NCBI GenBank assembly: GCA_032834875.1
Contig: CP135238.1
Location: forward strand, 44,011-68,010
Direction of reading: 5' to 3'
Length of the DNA: 24,000 nucleotides
Source: Sulfuracidifex metallicus DSM 6482 = JCM 9184
Lineage (GTDB): Archaea > Thermoproteota > Thermoprotei_A > Sulfolobales > Sulfolobaceae
Every line of letters begins with the position of its first letter. Within the stretch, counting starts at the first letter, position 1. The notes beneath the pieces were generated by a model. The model was not told the DNA's origin. It ran no database searches and saw nothing but the letters and a program-made list of their open reading frames with translations. Positions 6,130 to 14,417 of the stretch are shown here, piece after piece. Made by a program: the position numbers and the translations under genes.

Positions 6130-7932
6130 ATGAGGCTTGCTGTTATAAATTATGATTTTTGTAAACCAGACAAATGCAGTACTGAATGCATTTCTTACTG
6201 TCCAATCGATAGATCTGGAGGTAATGCCATAGAACTCGCTGAGATAGTTAAAGGTAAACCCGTAATATATGAACAGACGTGCATAGGATGTGGAATATGT
6301 GTAAAGAAATGTCCATTTGAAGCTATTACTGTAATCAATTTGCCAGATCAATATGAAGGAGATGTAATTCATAGATACGGGATAAACGGATTTAAGTTAT
6401 TTGGAATTCCTACGCTTAAAGAAGGATTCATCACCGGAATCTTGGGTAAAAACGGAACTGGAAAAACCACTATGCTTAAGATAATTTCTGGAGAACTTTT
6501 ACCTAATTTTGGAGATGTGGATAGCCAGCCCAGCCAGGAAAATGTACTTAAGAGGTTCAAAGGTAAAGAAATGTACGGTTACTTTGAGAAACTTTACTCT
6601 AAAGAATTAAAAGTAGCGCATAAAATACAATATGTGGAATATGCAGGAAAGTTTTTGAAAGGATCTGTAAGTGAAATACTAAAAAAGGCAGATCAGAGAG
6701 GTAGAATAGACGAAATAAAAAGCCTGCTTTCAATGGAAAGATTTTGGGATAAAGATTGCAAAGTTTTAAGCGGAGGAGAACTCCAAAAACTCCTCATAGC
6801 TGCAGCCCTAGCTAGAGATGCAGATGTATACGTTTTTGATGAACCTTCGTCCTATCTAGACGTAAGAGAAAGGACAAACATGGCTAAAGCTATAAGGGAA
6901 CTCACAAAAGGCAAATATGTAGTTTTAGTGGAACATGATCTAGTCGTACTTGATTATCTTGCTGATTTTATAAATATAGTCTACGGAGAGGGAAGCATAT
7001 ATGGTAAGGTATCCAAAGTATATTCTTCTAGAGTAGGAATAAATAATTTCCTTAATGGATTTCTACCTACAGAAAATATGAAAATTAGGCAAGACAAAAT
7101 TGATTTTGTAATAAAGGAATTATCAGACCTAGATTTTGCTAAGGACGTTAAAGAAAAGGTAACTTGGACCGAAATTTATAAAAACAATTCTGGATTTAAA
7201 CTTAAAGTTAATGCTGGAAACGCTAGAGAGGGGGAGATAATAGGGATAGTTGGACCTAACGGAATAGGTAAGACCACTTTTGTAAAGATGTTAGTAGGAG
7301 AATATAAGCCAGATATAGGCGAAGTGACTCCTGATACTTTGAGGCTTTCTTATAAACCTCAAGTTATTTCTCCAAACAGCGATTTAACAGTGAAGGAATA
7401 TCTAGAAAACGTGAGTAAAGACATACTCTCTAATTCTTCCTGGTTTTACGTAGAAGTAATAAGGAGGTTAGGTCTACATAGACTACTGGAATCAGTTGTG
7501 AATAATTTAAGCGGAGGAGAACTCCAAAAACTCCTCATAGCTGCAGCCCTAGCTAGAGATGCAGATGTATACGTTTTTGATGAACCTTCGTCCTATCTAG
7601 ACGTAGAAGAACGTTATATAGTAGCAAAAGCCATAAAGAAAATTTCTAGAGAGAGAAAATCAGTAACTTTTGTAGTTGAACATGATCTCTCAATTCATGA
7701 TTATATAGCAGATAGGATAATGGTGTTCTTGGGTACTCCTTCAATAGAAGGCGAAGCTATAGGTCCTCTCTCTATTAGAGAAGGAATGAATACATTCCTG
7801 AAAAGTTTAGGGATTACATTCAGAAGAGATGCAGAGACTGGAAGACCTAGAGTAAATAAGATAGATAGTTATCTTGATAGAATACAGAAAGAAAAGGGAG
7901 AATATTACTCTATAGCGAAAGTTTCCTCATAA
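6130..7932 (+). CDS. abce1: ABCE1 / RNase L inhibitor-type ribosome recycling ATPase
   Basis: The N-terminal 2x[4Fe-4S] domain is present (CKPDKCSTECISYCP ... CIGCGICVKKCP). There are two ABC NBDs with Walker A GKNGTGKT and GPNGIGKT and two LSGGE signatures. The start is placed at MRLAVINYDFCKPDKC (ATG 6130, with GGTGAG 4 nt upstream) rather than the track's 6109. Confidence 0.95.
   Translation: MRLAVINYDFCKPDKCSTECISYCPIDRSGGNAIELAEIVKGKPVIYEQTCIGCGICVKKCPFEAITVINLPDQYEGDVIHRYGINGFKLFGIPTLKEGFITGILGKNGTGKTTMLKIISGELLPNFGDVDSQPSQENVLKRFKGKEMYGYFEKLYSKELKVAHKIQYVEYAGKFLKGSVSEILKKADQRGRIDEIKSLLSMERFWDKDCKVLSGGELQKLLIAAALARDADVYVFDEPSSYLDVRERTNMAKAIRELTKGKYVVLVEHDLVVLDYLADFINIVYGEGSIYGKVSKVYSSRVGINNFLNGFLPTENMKIRQDKIDFVIKELSDLDFAKDVKEKVTWTEIYKNNSGFKLKVNAGNAREGEIIGIVGPNGIGKTTFVKMLVGEYKPDIGEVTPDTLRLSYKPQVISPNSDLTVKEYLENVSKDILSNSSWFYVEVIRRLGLHRLLESVVNNLSGGELQKLLIAAALARDADVYVFDEPSSYLDVEERYIVAKAIKKISRERKSVTFVVEHDLSIHDYIADRIMVFLGTPSIEGEAIGPLSIREGMNTFLKSLGITFRRDAETGRPRVNKIDSYLDRIQKEKGEYYSIAKVSS
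6765..6864 (+). repeat. copy 1 of a perfect 100-nt intragenic direct repeat (ABCE1 NBD1 signature/Walker B)
   Basis: tttaagcggaggagaactccaaaaactcctcatagctgcagccctagctagagatgcagatgtatacgtttttgatgaaccttcgtcctatctagacgta is identical to 7506..7605 by eye. Confidence 0.9.
7506..7605 (+). repeat. copy 2 of a perfect 100-nt intragenic direct repeat (ABCE1 NBD2 signature/Walker B)
   Basis: Identical to 6765..6864. The offset is 741 nt (247 codons), in frame. Confidence 0.9.
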
Positions 7933-7973
7933 GAGCAAAAGTTTTTAGATGATATCCCTATTCTTTATTCAAG

Positions 7974-9122
7974 ATGAAATCTACTATCAGCGTATTAAAA
8001 GCAGATATAGGTTCTTTAGCAGGACATCATATGGTTCATCCTGATACGATAGCTGTAGCGACAAAGGTTCTATCTGAAGGTAAAAAACAAGGTATAATAA
8101 ACGATTTCTATCCGACCTTTGTCGGAGATGACATGGAGTTCATAATTTCTCACAATAGAGGCGAATTGGATCAGAAAGTACACGAACTTGTATGGAACGC
8201 GTTAAAAGAAGCAGCTTCGAAAGCTAAAGAACTTGGTTTATATGCCGCGGGGCAAGATCTTTTATCAGATTCCTTTTCAGGAAACCTAAAGGGAATGGGA
8301 CCTGGAATAGCTGAAATGGAAATAGAGGAGAGACCATCGGAACCTTTTGTAGTCTTCATGGCAGATAAAACCGAGCCTGGTGCATTTAATTTACCTTTAT
8401 TTAAGATGTTTGCAGATCCCTTTAATACTGCAGGACTAGTTATAGACCCGGCCCTTCATGACGGTTTCAAATTTGAGATTCTTGATGTATATGAAGGAGA
8501 ATCAATAACACTTAATACCCCAGAGGAGAGCTACGACCTTTTAGCTCTTATAGGAACTCCTGATAGATATATTATAAGAAGAATTTATAGAAAGCAAGAT
8601 AACATGCTGGCTGCAGTAGTTACAACTGAAAGGCTTAATCTGATAGCAGGAAAATATGTTGGTAAAGACGACCCTGCGATGATCGTAAGAGTGCAGCATG
8701 GCCTTCCTGCACTAGGTGAAACATTAGAAGCGTTTACTGTGCCCTACTTAGTCGCGGGCTGGATGAGGGGCAGTCATTACGGTCCATTGATGCCAGTTTC
8801 ACAAAAGGACGCTAGGGCAACTAGATTTGATGGTCCACCTAGGTTAGTAGGTTTAGGATTTAATCTAAAGAATGGTAGATTAGTAGGACCTTCTGACCTA
8901 TTTGATGATCCTGCATTTGACGAGGTAAGAAGGACTGCTAATATAATAGCTGACTATATGCGTAGACACGGTCCATTCATGCCTCATAGATTAGAGCCAC
9001 AAGTTATGGAATATACTACTCTTCCAAAAGTAATGGAAAGATTGAAGGGAAGATTTAAGAAAGAAGAGGGAACAAACAAGGCAAAGGCAAGCATATATAC
9101 ATCCTCAGAAACAAATGAATAA
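7974..9122 (+). CDS. fbp: bifunctional fructose-1,6-bisphosphate aldolase/phosphatase (class V FBPase)
   Basis: N-terminus MKSTISVLKADIGSLAGHH is the hallmark of the archaeal FBP aldolase/phosphatase. The length of about 380 aa also fits. Confidence 0.95.
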   Translation: MKSTISVLKADIGSLAGHHMVHPDTIAVATKVLSEGKKQGIINDFYPTFVGDDMEFIISHNRGELDQKVHELVWNALKEAASKAKELGLYAAGQDLLSDSFSGNLKGMGPGIAEMEIEERPSEPFVVFMADKTEPGAFNLPLFKMFADPFNTAGLVIDPALHDGFKFEILDVYEGESITLNTPEESYDLLALIGTPDRYIIRRIYRKQDNMLAAVVTTERLNLIAGKYVGKDDPAMIVRVQHGLPALGETLEAFTVPYLVAGWMRGSHYGPLMPVSQKDARATRFDGPPRLVGLGFNLKNGRLVGPSDLFDDPAFDEVRRTANIIADYMRRHGPFMPHRLEPQVMEYTTLPKVMERLKGRFKKEEGTNKAKASIYTSSETNE

Positions 9123-9134
9123 AGGTGTTAGGCC

Positions 9135-9374
9135 ATAGGCACAGTATATACTAAAGATATAAAACGAATGGCTGAATTAATTTATGAGAAATATACTGAA
9201 GAAGTTACATCCGACTATCAGAAAAATAAGGAGCTTGTAAAAAAGGTTGTCAATGTAAATTCCAAAACTGTTAGAAATAGGCTCGCCGGATACTTAACTA
9301 GATATTATAATAAAGCTAAGAATAAGTCAGCAGCACAAGAGACATTTGAGGAGGAAACCGAAAGTTATGCCTAA
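9135..9374 (+). CDS. rps17e: 30S ribosomal protein S17e (eS17); start codon unresolved
   Basis: ...KNKELVKKVVNVNSKTVRNRLAGYLTRYY matches eS17. The first ATG is at 9168, but the in-frame upstream codons read IGTVYTKDIKR, the conserved eS17 N-terminus (M-G-N-I/V-x-T-K-x-I-K-R). ATA 9135 sits where the Met is expected, and GGTG lies 7 nt upstream of it. Confidence 0.85.
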   Translation: MGTVYTKDIKRMAELIYEKYTEEVTSDYQKNKELVKKVVNVNSKTVRNRLAGYLTRYYNKAKNKSAAQETFEEETESYA

Positions 9375-9630
9375 GTTAATTTTTGAAGGACCTTTAATTT
9401 CTTTTTTTGGTAAATGTGTTGAAATTAAAAAAGATGGCTCAATTATAGATCTTCTTATGGATATTGATAAGGCAGGAATATTAATAGATAAATCAATGAG
9501 AATAAAGCCAGGTATAATAATACTATTAAATGGAAAAGATACTAGGCTATTGGATAAAAGCCTAGTAAATACAAGAGTTTTATCGGAAACCGACGAAGTA
9601 ACGTTCATTCCAGTAAATCATGGTGGTTGA
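9367..9630 (+). CDS. ubiquitin-like beta-grasp modifier (Urm1/SAMP/MoaD-ThiS family) ending in Gly-Gly
   Basis: 87 aa with C-terminus ...DEVTFIPVNHGG*. The size and the di-glycine end match Urm1/SAMP-type proteins. ATG 9367 overlaps the S17e stop (ATGCCTAA). The track start at 9346 is less likely. Confidence 0.7.
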   Translation: MPKLIFEGPLISFFGKCVEIKKDGSIIDLLMDIDKAGILIDKSMRIKPGIIILLNGKDTRLLDKSLVNTRVLSETDEVTFIPVNHGG

Positions 9631-10005
9631 ATGTTTTTAGTTTCTAAAGTTATAATTAGATCTAGGGAAGACATTAAATCGATAGCTAAGTTTAGTGATA
9701 ATGAAGTTGTTCAGGTTTTAGGATATTTACCTAAAGATGTAATCATTGATCAATCCTGCTACATTTTTTTTAGTTCTAATTTTATTAGATTTTCTAGAGT
9801 TAAAAATAATGCTATGATTTTCCTTATGTTATTAACCTCCACATCTCAAGTTAAAGATGCTATAAACGCCTCTGGTGTTTCTTTAGATGGTGAAAATTAC
9901 ATTATAAAATGTAGAAAATGTTTTACTGAGGGTAAGCATAGGGAAATGCACCTCTCTATAGAGGATCGTTTACATTTGACATTTAATGCTATTACTTTTA
10001 CCTGA
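9631..10005 (+). CDS. cgi121: probable KEOPS subunit Cgi121
   Basis: The segment NNAMIFLMLLTSTSQVKDAINASGVSLDGENYIIKC aligns by eye with the Cgi121 core (..EILVRASGQRQIHEAIKIIGAKDGNVCLIC in the M. jannaschii protein as I recall it). The ATG directly abuts the upstream TGA. Confidence 0.5.
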   Translation: MFLVSKVIIRSREDIKSIAKFSDNEVVQVLGYLPKDVIIDQSCYIFFSSNFIRFSRVKNNAMIFLMLLTSTSQVKDAINASGVSLDGENYIIKCRKCFTEGKHREMHLSIEDRLHLTFNAITFT

Positions 10006-10037
10006 CACACTCTTTCCTATACCTTGCTCACTTTTAT

Positions 10038-11684
10038 ATGGAGAAAGGAAGAGTTATACCAATATTACTTATAATTGGGTCTATATTTATTATTATTTAT
10101 AGATATTTAGGTTCTACTAATAGAATTAGTATTTATATAATTTTATTTACTTTGATATCTACAATAATTATTTCTTATCTATTAAATAAGAAAATTATAA
10201 AGATTAACAAAATAGTCTTACAGTCAAATCTATATAATATAATTACCGATAAAGATCAATATTGCGGTATCATTTTACGTATTATTGGAAAAACCGATAC
10301 TTCGTCTACATCTAGAAGTATTTTAGAAGAAGAGCTTAGAAAACTGAGCATGTCATTGGCTAGGAGGCAATCGGGATTCCATTACGTTTTTACTACTTCA
10401 ATATATGAAGGGAAAATGGGATCAGCCATAATAATATATAAAAAATGTAATGATGAAGACAAATCCAGTCTGATTTCTGATATAGAGAAAGAGGTAAACG
10501 ATGTATATAACATATCTAGAGCAATTTCCCCTCATTTGGATCTCATCCCTTCATCTACATCATCCACAATTGTTCCACTTCCATCAATTTTTGGGAACAT
10601 CCCCTATCTTTACGCTCCAGAAAGAACATTTAGTCCATCTACTAACGAAATGTTAATTTATGAATACGATTTGCCCTTGGGAGAAGCTATGAGCAGTTTT
10701 GGCAGAACTGAAGTAGGTATAAAATTAAGCGATCTTACTAGGCATATAGGTATATTTGGCAGTACTGGTTCTGGCAAGAGTACCACAGCGTCGCATCTCG
10801 CAATTCAGGCCTTTAAGAAAGGTGTGAATATTGTTATACTGGATTGGCACGGTGAATATAGAGAACTAATACCAAATGATATAAACATTATGTTTTACAA
10901 TAAGATTAATATACTTAAAATAAATCTAAACCAGATTATATCTAATGATATTAATGATGCAGTAGACATCTTCGGTGACGTAATGCAATTGACAGATCCT
11001 CAACGTTTTCTCCTGTATACAGTTCTAAATAAATTGAAAAAAAATCCTGAGTTAAGTTTTAAGAACTTATTAACAATACTAAGAAATATAGAGGAAACAT
11101 CAAATTGGATAAGAGATGTTAAGTATGCCTTAGCTAGAAAGTTTTTTATTCTTTTTGGGAAGGAAGGAAGGAGCTTATTCTCTACTGATGGATTAACTTT
11201 AGATAATTTAGAAAGTTACATAAACGGCTTTGTTATAATAGATATTAGCAATATTAAAAATACAAAATTAAGAAGATTATATGGTCTATTAATTATGAAG
11301 TTAATTTCAGATTATTATATGGAGAAGAAACCCAGCAAAAAGACTATGATAATTGTAGATGAAGCTCATAACTACTTTTCTGAAAAAAATGATTTCACCG
11401 ATAGGCTAGTCTCTGAAATAAGAAAATATGGTATTTCCTTCTGTATAGTATCGCAGTCTCCCTCATCTCTATCACCTGAAATAATGAAGAATACCAATAT
11501 TAAAATAGTTCATGCTATTAAATCAGATATTGACAAGAGATCTATAAGGGAATCTCTATCTCTAGACGAACGAATTATCTCGTCGTTAGACAAGCTAGAT
11601 GTAGGAGAAGCCTTGCTTTCTGCTCCAAATATCAAAAAAGCTATAATAATTAACATAAAAAGAAAAAATATAAAAACTAATTAG
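10038..11684 (+). CDS. cedB: membrane-anchored HerA/VirB4-FtsK-type ATPase, CedB-like (Ced DNA-import system)
   Basis: Two N-terminal hydrophobic helices are present (IPILLIIGSIFIIIY, ISIYIILFTLISTIIISYLL). Walker A is GIFGSTGSGKST and Walker B is MIIVDEAHNYF. The architecture and the position next to thsB/tfb3 match what I recall for the UV-induced Sulfolobus CedB homologue. The ATPase class is secure; the CedB orthology is inferred. Confidence 0.6.
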   Translation: MEKGRVIPILLIIGSIFIIIYRYLGSTNRISIYIILFTLISTIIISYLLNKKIIKINKIVLQSNLYNIITDKDQYCGIILRIIGKTDTSSTSRSILEEELRKLSMSLARRQSGFHYVFTTSIYEGKMGSAIIIYKKCNDEDKSSLISDIEKEVNDVYNISRAISPHLDLIPSSTSSTIVPLPSIFGNIPYLYAPERTFSPSTNEMLIYEYDLPLGEAMSSFGRTEVGIKLSDLTRHIGIFGSTGSGKSTTASHLAIQAFKKGVNIVILDWHGEYRELIPNDINIMFYNKINILKINLNQIISNDINDAVDIFGDVMQLTDPQRFLLYTVLNKLKKNPELSFKNLLTILRNIEETSNWIRDVKYALARKFFILFGKEGRSLFSTDGLTLDNLESYINGFVIIDISNIKNTKLRRLYGLLIMKLISDYYMEKKPSKKTMIIVDEAHNYFSEKNDFTDRLVSEIRKYGISFCIVSQSPSSLSPEIMKNTNIKIVHAIKSDIDKRSIRESLSLDERIISSLDKLDVGEALLSAPNIKKAIIINIKRKNIKTN

Positions 11685-11692
11685 ATTTTAGG

Positions 11693-13345
11693 TTAGTCCT
11701 CTTCGTGGTGTTCTTCTCCCTTCTTGTTTTCTGTTCCGCCACTCTTCTTTCCTGCAGCTACTATATCGTCTATCCTAAGTATTAGAGTCACAGCCTCAGT
11801 TGCAGCCTTAACTGCGTTATTCTTTACCATTGCTGGTTCTATTACTCCAACGTTCCACATGTTATCTGGATATGCTGAAGTGAAGTTTAGCCCATACCAT
11901 TTATTGGCTTCATTTTCGTGTAGACTTCTTAATTTAACGAGATTATCTATTGGATCTAATCCAGCATTCTCTGCTAATATCATGACTAATCCTTCTATAG
12001 CATTCGCATATGCCTCTATAGCTAACTGTTCTTTTCCTCCAACTTGAGGAGCATACTTCCTAAGTCTCTTTGCTATTTCTATTTCGACTGCTCCTCCTCC
12101 AGCTACGACTCTTCCATCCCTTATAACATCAGCTACTGTTCCTAATGCGTCTCTTAGAGCTCTTTCAGTCTCATCTACTACACGCTCTAGACCTCCTCTT
12201 ATCAGTAAGCTTATTGCTTTGGGATTCTTAGCACCTTCTATGAATACCATCTTGTCCTCTCCTACTTTTCTCTCTTCGACTAAAGCTGCAAATCCAAGGT
12301 CCTGCTCAGTTAGTTCCTCCAAATTAGATATTACTCTTCCTCCTGTAGCTCTTGCTAATTTTTCTAGATCGCTCTTCTTCGCTCTTCTTACAGCTAATAT
12401 TCCCTTCTTAGCTAAGTAGTGCTGTGCTACTTCATCTATCCCTTTCTGGCATATTACAACATTAGCTCCAGTGTTAACTATCTTATCTACTTTTTCTTTC
12501 AATAATTTCTCCTCTTCGTCAAGGAAATTCTTCATTTGAGTTGGATCATTTATTCTAATTTCTGCGTCAAGCTCAGGCTTCTCAACTTCTAGAGAAGCAT
12601 CTAGTAATGCAATCTTTGCATTTTCTACCCTCTTAGGCATGCCTGGATGAACTACTTCCTTGTCGACTACGATTCCATAGACCATCTGTGTGTCGTTTAT
12701 GCTTCCTCCATGTTTCTTTACAATCTGTATATTGTCAAGGTCTACATACCATTTATCTCCTCTTAACTCTGCTACTTGGGTTACAGCTTTAGTTACTAGG
12801 TCTGCTAGATAATCTCTGGCTCCAGCAACAGCTTTGCTTCCTAATGAAGTCATAGCGACCTTCTTTAAGGTATCTGTATCATTAACTGATACTTTCTCTG
12901 CAATTTCATTTATTGTGTTTATTGCAATCTCTTCAGCCTTCTTATATCCGCTTACTATTATTGTAGGATGAATCTCCTTGTAAAGCAAATCTTCAGCTTT
13001 CTTTACTAACTCTCCTGCGAATATGACCGCAGTTTTAGTTCCATCTGCTGTTTCCTCATCTTGCCCCTTTGCTATCTGTACCAATAATTTAGCTGCAGGG
13101 TGCTGAAGATCCATTTTATCCATTATTGTTGCTCCATCATTAGTTATTGTTATATCTCCTAAACTATCAACGAGCATCTTATCCATTCCACGTGGACCAT
13201 AGGTACTTCTTAATGCTTCTTGGACTGCCTTTATTGCAGCTATGTTTATTCTTAAGGCTTCCTTACCGTATGTTCTACTAGATCCTTCCTTTAAAATAAT
13301 GACTGGGATTCCTTCTGGAGTTTGAGCTACTGTAGCTGTTGCCAT
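11693..13345 (-). CDS. thsB: thermosome (group II chaperonin) beta subunit
   Basis: [32 protein letters not shown]...[11 protein letters not shown]...ITNDGATI is near-identical over long stretches to Sulfolobus TF55-beta as I recall it. Confidence 0.95.
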   Translation of the reverse strand: MATATVAQTPEGIPVIILKEGSSRTYGKEALRINIAAIKAVQEALRSTYGPRGMDKMLVDSLGDITITNDGATIMDKMDLQHPAAKLLVQIAKGQDEETADGTKTAVIFAGELVKKAEDLLYKEIHPTIIVSGYKKAEEIAINTINEIAEKVSVNDTDTLKKVAMTSLGSKAVAGARDYLADLVTKAVTQVAELRGDKWYVDLDNIQIVKKHGGSINDTQMVYGIVVDKEVVHPGMPKRVENAKIALLDASLEVEKPELDAEIRINDPTQMKNFLDEEEKLLKEKVDKIVNTGANVVICQKGIDEVAQHYLAKKGILAVRRAKKSDLEKLARATGGRVISNLEELTEQDLGFAALVEERKVGEDKMVFIEGAKNPKAISLLIRGGLERVVDETERALRDALGTVADVIRDGRVVAGGGAVEIEIAKRLRKYAPQVGGKEQLAIEAYANAIEGLVMILAENAGLDPIDNLVKLRSLHENEANKWYGLNFTSAYPDNMWNVGVIEPAMVKNNAVKAATEAVTLILRIDDIVAAGKKSGGTENKKGEEHHEED

Positions 13346-13378
13346 TTTATGTCACCTTCCACACATCCTTAGAAAATG

Positions 13379-13391
13379 CTTATATAAAAAG
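13379..13391 (-). promoter_or_regulatory. putative thsB TATA box, with SD-like GGTGAC at 13352..13357
   Basis: The minus strand reads CTTTTTATATAAG about 34 nt upstream of the thsB ATG. GGTGAC lies 6 nt before the ATG. This call rests on sequence pattern only. Confidence 0.45.
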
Positions 13392-13469
13392 TTTACTCAA
13401 AAAAGGACTGAAACATATTAGCCTTCTAGTTTAGGTAATATAAGCTATCTTATTATTTCTATTTATAGT

Positions 13470-13979
13470 CTATTCGTTAATGATATTCATTATTGCTATT
13501 CTATTTTTTGTTTTTATCTCTGATATTATACTCTTGTATTCTTTATCTGTAATTCCTATATATCTTAAATATTGTTTGTATCTATCATCATTGCTAAAAT
13601 AAATTGTAAGAATTATTCTTGTTTTTGCTTTTTTACCACTTAGTATGCCATTTTTTAATAACTTATCGTAAGTTCTCTTCAGGTTTTCATCTTTTTCCAA
13701 AATTTGGTTAAGGTATGTCTTAAATAGATCATTAAATTGACTATTATTTTTACTTAAAAAAAACCTAGATACATCCTTATTTTTTTGGGCGAGAATTTTC
13801 TCTAGTTTCTTCTCTTTATATTTTAAAGGTTTGAAGTTATTTGCATTAAAGAAAACTGGTTGTTCGTCAAATATTATGTCTTCTATAACTGATCCACAGT
13901 TTTCGCATACTATTATACCGTTCTTGTAGTCCCATCTTAGATTAGTTGAGTTACAAAAACTGCATCTATTTCCTTCCAT
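13470..13979 (-). CDS. tfb3: truncated TFB paralogue, TFB3-like (Zn-ribbon only, no cyclin core)
   Basis: MEGNRCSFCNSTNLRWDYKNGIIVCENCGSVIED is a TFIIB-type N-terminal zinc ribbon. The remaining ~135 aa are K/E-rich and helical, with no cyclin folds. The start is set at ATG 13979 (TATA-like TTATATCTA centred about 26 nt upstream), not the track's 14072. Confidence 0.65.
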   Translation of the reverse strand: MEGNRCSFCNSTNLRWDYKNGIIVCENCGSVIEDIIFDEQPVFFNANNFKPLKYKEKKLEKILAQKNKDVSRFFLSKNNSQFNDLFKTYLNQILEKDENLKRTYDKLLKNGILSGKKAKTRIILTIYFSNDDRYKQYLRYIGITDKEYKSIISEIKTKNRIAIMNIINE

Positions 13980-14036
13980 GAGCAGACTTCCAAAGGCAGA
14001 TAGATATAACAATGGTTGCTTATAATGTAAAGTAGA

Positions 14037-14411
14037 GTGTCCGACCCAGTCGAAAATATAAAGGAAGAACAAGTTTTTCAGAGCATAATAAACAAGAAAG
14101 GTTTAAATAAGGATGACATTTTAAATCTAAATTGGGATAGATTTGTTGTATATGTAGATCTTAGGCAGAAGGGTAAGGTAGTTCAAAGCGGTTACAACGA
14201 TTTCACGTTAATCTTAAAAGAGCATAAGGGCGAGAGCAAAAATAGATCCTTAATCCTAGTTGTTAGCGAATCATCTAAATTAAAGCTTGATAATCTACTG
14301 GAAATAATTTCTAGATCAAAATCGTTAAATCTAGATTTCTTTTTAGCTATAGTGGATAAATACGGAGACATTACTTATTATAATATGAGTGAAACAAGGC
14401 TATCTAAGTGA
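14037..14411 (+). CDS. tRNA-splicing endonuclease family protein, probable structural (beta) subunit
   Basis: RFVVYVDLRQKGKVVQSG and ...LAIVDKYGDITYYNM resemble the EndA C-terminal domain, but I cannot find the catalytic His motif. That is expected for the non-catalytic subunit of crenarchaeal heterotetrameric endonucleases. GTG start; no in-frame ATG nearby. Confidence 0.5.
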   Translation: MSDPVENIKEEQVFQSIINKKGLNKDDILNLNWDRFVVYVDLRQKGKVVQSGYNDFTLILKEHKGESKNRSLILVVSESSKLKLDNLLEIISRSKSLNLDFFLAIVDKYGDITYYNMSETRLSK

Positions 14412-14417
14412 TGTTGA

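Noticed and set aside
6091-6560. Minus-strand ORFs 6091..6372 and 6369..6560.
   Set aside because: They are antisense to the strongly supported ABCE1 Fe-S/NBD1 region and give low-complexity translations.
11724-12419. Plus-strand ORFs 11724..12047 and 12219..12419.
   Set aside because: They are antisense shadows of thsB and give Ser/Ala/Phe-rich nonsense typical of the reverse frame of a highly expressed gene.
13980-14072. The N-terminal extension of tfb3 given by the track (MFFLYIFDWVGHSTLHYKQ...). Analogous extensions exist for GGGPS (4086..4121), Tsr3 (2311..2328), SmAP3 (16728..16760), ABCE1 (6109..6129) and Urm1 (9346..9366).
   Set aside because: The homologue N-termini, zinc-ribbon position, SD/TATA placement and overlaps with neighbouring genes all favour the internal starts.
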